Assembly: GCA_963715335.1 (NCBI GenBank)
Contig: CAVQRZ010000005.1
Location: forward strand, 64,001 to 128,000
Origin: an uncultured delta proteobacterium
GTDB taxonomy: Bacteria; Desulfobacterota; Desulfuromonadia; Desulfuromonadales; BM103
DNA length: 64,000 nucleotides
Direction of reading: 5' to 3'
Shown here one piece after another: positions 60,030-64,000 of the stretch. The notes under the pieces were generated by a model. It searched no databases, had not been told where the DNA came from, and saw only the letters and a list, made by a program, of their open reading frames with translations. Position 1 is the first letter of the stretch. Every line of letters starts with the position of its first letter. The position numbers and the translations under genes were made by a program.

Positions 60030-60302
60030 TTAGTTGATGGAATCCTTCAAAGCCTTACCAGCTTTGAACTTGGGAACCTTCGCTGCGGGGATATTGATTT
60101 TTGCGCCGGTCTGGGGATTCTGACCGGTGCGAGCAGCACGCTGACCTACGCTGAAAGTACCAAAACCAACCAAAGAGACTTTCTCACCGGCCTTCAGGGC
60201 ATCAGTCACTGCATCCGTGAATGCTTTCAGTGCCTTCTCTGCATCGGCTTTACTCAGTCCCGCCTTCTCTGCAATTGAATTAACAAGATCGGCCTTTGTC
60301 AC
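60030..60302 (-). CDS. hup: DNA-binding protein HU
   Basis: [33 protein letters not shown]. Confidence 0.96.
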   Translation of the reverse strand: MTKADLVNSIAEKAGLSKADAEKALKAFTDAVTDALKAGEKVSLVGFGTFSVGQRAARTGQNPQTGAKINIPAAKVPKFKAGKALKDSIN

Positions 60303-60403
60303 AACATACCTCCACGTATAAAAGAATGATTAAGCCCTGCTGAAAACGAAATATTTATATCAGACGCTTCAAAATCTAGTCAAGCAATAATTGGCTGTGT
60401 TGC

Positions 60404-62821
60404 TCAATGATGCACCGAATTTGTCGGGTCTGAGGCATAATCTTTATTATCGACGGCCGGCGCCGCCGGAAAGCATCCCAGGATTGCTTCGTCAAGGACT
60501 TCATCCATATGTGCAACCGGGAGTATTTTCAGAGCTCGGCGGATTGTCACTGGGACCTCTTCTAGGTTCTTTGCGTTTTCCTGGGGAATCAGCACGCGGT
60601 GGATACCGGCCCGCTTGGATGCAAGGAGCTTCTCCTTCAGCCCGCCAATAGCCAGCACCCTGCCACGCAGCGTTATTTCTCCCGTCATCGCCAGGTCCTG
60701 GTCGACCGCAAGGCCGGTCAAGGCGGAGGCCAGGGCTGTTGCCATGGTGATTCCGGCGGATGGCCCGTCCTTGGGTATTGCGCCTTCCGGAACGTGGATG
60801 TGGATGTCGACCCGGGTGTAAAAGTCCTTCTCCAGGCCCAGTTCCAGCCACCGGGAGCGCACATAGCTGAGTGCCGCCTGGGCAGATTCACGCATGACCT
60901 CGCCAAGTTTGCCGGTCACGGTCAATTTGCCCTGACCCGGCAGTACCGTGACTTCGACAGTCAGGAGCTCGCCACCGGCCTCAGTCCACGCCAGGCCGTT
61001 GACAAGACCGATCCTGTGCTCTTCTTCCCGGACGCCAAAACTGTAACGCGGCACACCCAGGTATTTCTTGATTTGCGGAGCCCCGACCTGGAACCTGTTC
61101 CCTTGCAGACCCGCCCTGACAACCTCGCGGGCGATCTTACGGAACACGTTCGCGATCTCACGCTCCAGGCTTCGTACGCCGGCTTCACGCGTATAGCGAC
61201 GGATAATCTCGAGCAGTGCGGCCTCCGAGAACCGGACCTGGCCCTCTTTGAGTCCGTGCGTCTGCAACTGCTTCGGCAGAAGGTAGCGCTCCGCGATATG
61301 CACCTTCTCTTCTTCAGTGTAGCCTTCGATGCGGATCACTTCCATGCGGTCACGCAATGGCCCGGGGATCGCCTGCAACGTATTCGCTGTCGCGATAAAC
61401 ATGACCGAGGAAAGGTCGTAATCAACATCGAGGAAGTGATCACCAAAGGCATTGTTCTGCTCGGGGTCCAGAACTTCCAGGAGGGCGGAGGACGGGTCCC
61501 CACGGAAATCCGTGCTCATCTTGTCGACCTCGTCAAGCAGAAAAACAGGATTACGCGTACCGACCTTACGCAGACCCTGGATCACCTTGCCGGGCATGGC
61601 CCCGATGTAAGTACGTCGGTGTCCGCGGATTTCCGCTTCGTCGCGCACACCGCCCAGGGAAACGCGGATGAACTTGCGCCCCATGGCCCTTGCAACAGAG
61701 CGGCCCAGAGAAGTTTTGCCAACGCCGGGCGGACCGACCAGGCAAAGGATCGGCCCCTTGATCTTCTTGACCAGCGCCTGCACGGCCAGGTATTCCAGAA
61801 TCCGTTCTTTGACTTTTTCCAGCCCATAGTGGTCCTCTTCAAGGATCTCTTCGGCATGGACAAGGTCTATCTGGTCCTTGGTCCCCTTCTTCCATGGCAA
61901 AGCCACGAGCCAGTCGACATAATTCCTGACCACCGTCGCTTCGGCAGACATCGGTGACATCATCTTCAGCTTGCGCAACTCCGCAGTCGCTTTCTCTGTC
62001 GCTTCCTTGGACATCCGCGCCTTATCTATTTTCTCTTCAAGTTCACGCAGTTCCTGCTTGAACTCGTCCTTCTCGCCAAGCTCCTTCTGGATGGCCCGCA
62101 TCTGCTCATTCAGATAGTACTCTTTCTGACTGCGCTCCATCTGGTTCTTGACACGATTGCGAATCTTCTTTTCGATCTGCAGGATTTCAACCTCGCGCTC
62201 CATGAGGGCCAAAAGCTTCTCGAGCCGCAGCAGGGAGTCCATTTCCTCGAGGATCTCCTGCTTGTCGGGAATCGGCACCGTCAGGTGCGCTACAATGGTG
62301 TCGGCAAAACGTCCGGGCTCTTCGACGCCGGAGATCGATGACACCATTTCAGCGGGGATTTTCTTGCTCAGGTTCGCGTAGACATCGAAGGTCGTATTGA
62401 CGCTGCGCATCAGGGCTTCCTGCTCGGGTGACGCGACTTCCTGATCCGGCAACTGTTGCAGGCTGACGAAGATGCACTCATCTGTGTATTCAAGATCGAT
62501 CAGGCGCGCCCTGACCTTACCCTCGACCAGGACCTTGACGGTTCCGTCCGGCAGCTTCAGCATTTGCACAACCTGCCCCAGGGTCCCAATTTCATACAAC
62601 TCGTCAGCGAGGGGGTCGTCTGTTTTGGGATCCTTCTGGGTCACCAGAAGCACCTGCTTGTCGTGCTCCATTGCCCATTCCAGAGCCTGGATCGACTTTG
62701 GCCGCCCGACAAACAGAGGGGTCACCATATGCGGGAAAATCACGATATCCCGCAACGGCAGGACCGGGAATGATACAGGGGGGACAGATTCAGGCATGAA
62801 GTCTTCCGAGGGTGCGGTCAT
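60404..62821 (-). CDS. lon: ATP-dependent protease La
   Basis: [36 protein letters not shown]. Confidence 0.97.
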   Translation of the reverse strand: MTAPSEDFMPESVPPVSFPVLPLRDIVIFPHMVTPLFVGRPKSIQALEWAMEHDKQVLLVTQKDPKTDDPLADELYEIGTLGQVVQMLKLPDGTVKVLVEGKVRARLIDLEYTDECIFVSLQQLPDQEVASPEQEALMRSVNTTFDVYANLSKKIPAEMVSSISGVEEPGRFADTIVAHLTVPIPDKQEILEEMDSLLRLEKLLALMEREVEILQIEKKIRNRVKNQMERSQKEYYLNEQMRAIQKELGEKDEFKQELRELEEKIDKARMSKEATEKATAELRKLKMMSPMSAEATVVRNYVDWLVALPWKKGTKDQIDLVHAEEILEEDHYGLEKVKERILEYLAVQALVKKIKGPILCLVGPPGVGKTSLGRSVARAMGRKFIRVSLGGVRDEAEIRGHRRTYIGAMPGKVIQGLRKVGTRNPVFLLDEVDKMSTDFRGDPSSALLEVLDPEQNNAFGDHFLDVDYDLSSVMFIATANTLQAIPGPLRDRMEVIRIEGYTEEEKVHIAERYLLPKQLQTHGLKEGQVRFSEAALLEIIRRYTREAGVRSLEREIANVFRKIAREVVRAGLQGNRFQVGAPQIKKYLGVPRYSFGVREEEHRIGLVNGLAWTEAGGELLTVEVTVLPGQGKLTVTGKLGEVMRESAQAALSYVRSRWLELGLEKDFYTRVDIHIHVPEGAIPKDGPSAGITMATALASALTGLAVDQDLAMTGEITLRGRVLAIGGLKEKLLASKRAGIHRVLIPQENAKNLEEVPVTIRRALKILPVAHMDEVLDEAILGCFPAAPAVDNKDYASDPTNSVHH

Positions 62822-62863
62822 AACAATATCTTCCGGCTGAGCTAACGCCCGACAGGAACTCTA

Positions 62864-64000
62864 TCAGGCCGACTCAGCACATTCGTAGATGATAATAGGC
62901 TGGGAACCCTTGAAAATGACATCTTCATTGATAACAACCTCCCGGACCCGATCCTGGGACGGGATATCATACATGACGTCAAGCATTGCATTCTCAAGGA
63001 TGGAACGCAAGCCGCGCGCACCGGTTTTGCGTTTGAGGGCCTCCTTGGCAACAGCGACCAGGCCACCGTCGGTAAACTTGAGATCAACATTTTCCATATC
63101 AAAGAGTTTCTGGTACTGCTTGATCAACGCGTTCCTGGGCTCGCTGAGGATTCTGACCAGCGCTTCCTCATCCAGCTCATCGAGAGTCGCGACAACCGGC
63201 AAACGGCCAATGAACTCGGGGATCAATCCGTACTTGAGCAGGTCACAAGGTTCCACCAGGCACAGGACCTCACCGATCTTCTGATCAGTTTTCTGCACGG
63301 AGCTGGAACCAAAGCCCATGGTTTTGGAGCCGACCCGCTGGTTGATAACCGTTTCCAGCCCTGAGAATGCTCCGCCGCAGATAAACAGGATATTGGTGGT
63401 GTCCACCTTCAGGAATTCCTGTTGCGGGTGTTTTCGGCCACCTTTCGGTGGTACGCTGGCGGTCGTCCCTTCGATAATCTTCAATAGAGCCTGCTGCACC
63501 CCTTCACCGGACACATCCCTGGTGATCGAAGGCGAGTCTGATTTGCGGGCGATCTTGTCGACCTCGTCGATATAGATGATCCCCTTCTGGGCTTTCTCCA
63601 GGTCGTAGTCAGCCGCCTGCAAAAGGTTCAGAATGATATTTTCGACATCTTCGCCAACATAACCGGCTTCAGTCAGGTTGGTGGCGTCGGCGATTGCAAA
63701 CGGGACATTCAGGACCCGGGCCAGGGTCTGGGCCAGCAAGGTTTTGCCACTGCCAGTCGGCCCAAGCAGAAGGATGTTGCTCTTCTGTATTTCAACTTCT
63801 CCGGCTTTTTCAGAGGCTTCAATGCGCTTGTAATGATTGTAGACAGCAACCGCCAGAACTTTTTTCGCCCGCTCCTGCCCGATCACGAAATCATCCAGGA
63901 CATGTCTGATTTCAACAGGCTTCGGCAGCAGGCCTTCACCCATCGGGGTTTCATCAAGCTGGGCCTCTTCCGCGATGATGTCCTTGCACAGTTCTATGCA
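62864..64000 (-). CDS. clpX: ClpX ATPase (5' end outside the window)
   Basis: Frame open to the window edge (CIELCKDII); [37 protein letters not shown]. Confidence 0.97.
   Translation of the reverse strand, partial: CIELCKDIIAEEAQLDETPMGEGLLPKPVEIRHVLDDFVIGQERAKKVLAVAVYNHYKRIEASEKAGEVEIQKSNILLLGPTGSGKTLLAQTLARVLNVPFAIADATNLTEAGYVGEDVENIILNLLQAADYDLEKAQKGIIYIDEVDKIARKSDSPSITRDVSGEGVQQALLKIIEGTTASVPPKGGRKHPQQEFLKVDTTNILFICGGAFSGLETVINQRVGSKTMGFGSSSVQKTDQKIGEVLCLVEPCDLLKYGLIPEFIGRLPVVATLDELDEEALVRILSEPRNALIKQYQKLFDMENVDLKFTDGGLVAVAKEALKRKTGARGLRSILENAMLDVMYDIPSQDRVREVVINEDVIFKGSQPIIIYECAESA

Noticed and set aside
1..64000. CRISPR arrays, transposases, integrases, prophage or defence genes
   Set aside because: No regularly spaced repeats or recognisable protein motifs were seen.

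Overview
Chromosomal 64-kb segment, most likely from a Desulfuromonadales (Geobacter/Desulfuromonas-like) bacterium. This is inferred from a triheme c7 cytochrome and the dxs-ispA-xseB-xseA-ctpA-envC-ftsXE-T2SS-tRNA-hup-lon-clpX gene order. In order it holds: a cbb3 oxidase plus assembly operon, an HD-GYP regulator, small accessory genes, an XRE membrane regulator divergent from a ppcA-type cytochrome c7, a six-gene circularly permuted ATP-grasp/alpha-E/transglutaminase/glutaminase operon, a HAD hydrolase, ppaC, a Ca/Na antiporter, an ArsR regulator, bioW-F-H-C, a system II cytochrome c maturation pair, signalling genes, a non-coding inverted-repeat element, housekeeping genes, a type II secretion/pil-like cluster, three tRNAs, hup, lon and partial clpX. 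The most striking unexplained signal is non-coding. Three compact units each have a sigma70-like promoter, a 5' hairpin and a terminator hairpin whose loop is CCCCUCCU (anti-Shine-Dalgarno). A fourth, sigma54-type candidate carries a similar loop. One unit is complementary at 20 of 21 nt to the RBS and start codon of the cytochrome c7 gene 5.7 kb away. At least six single-base frameshifts in short base runs suggest assembly errors. All calls come from reading the sequence; no searches were run.
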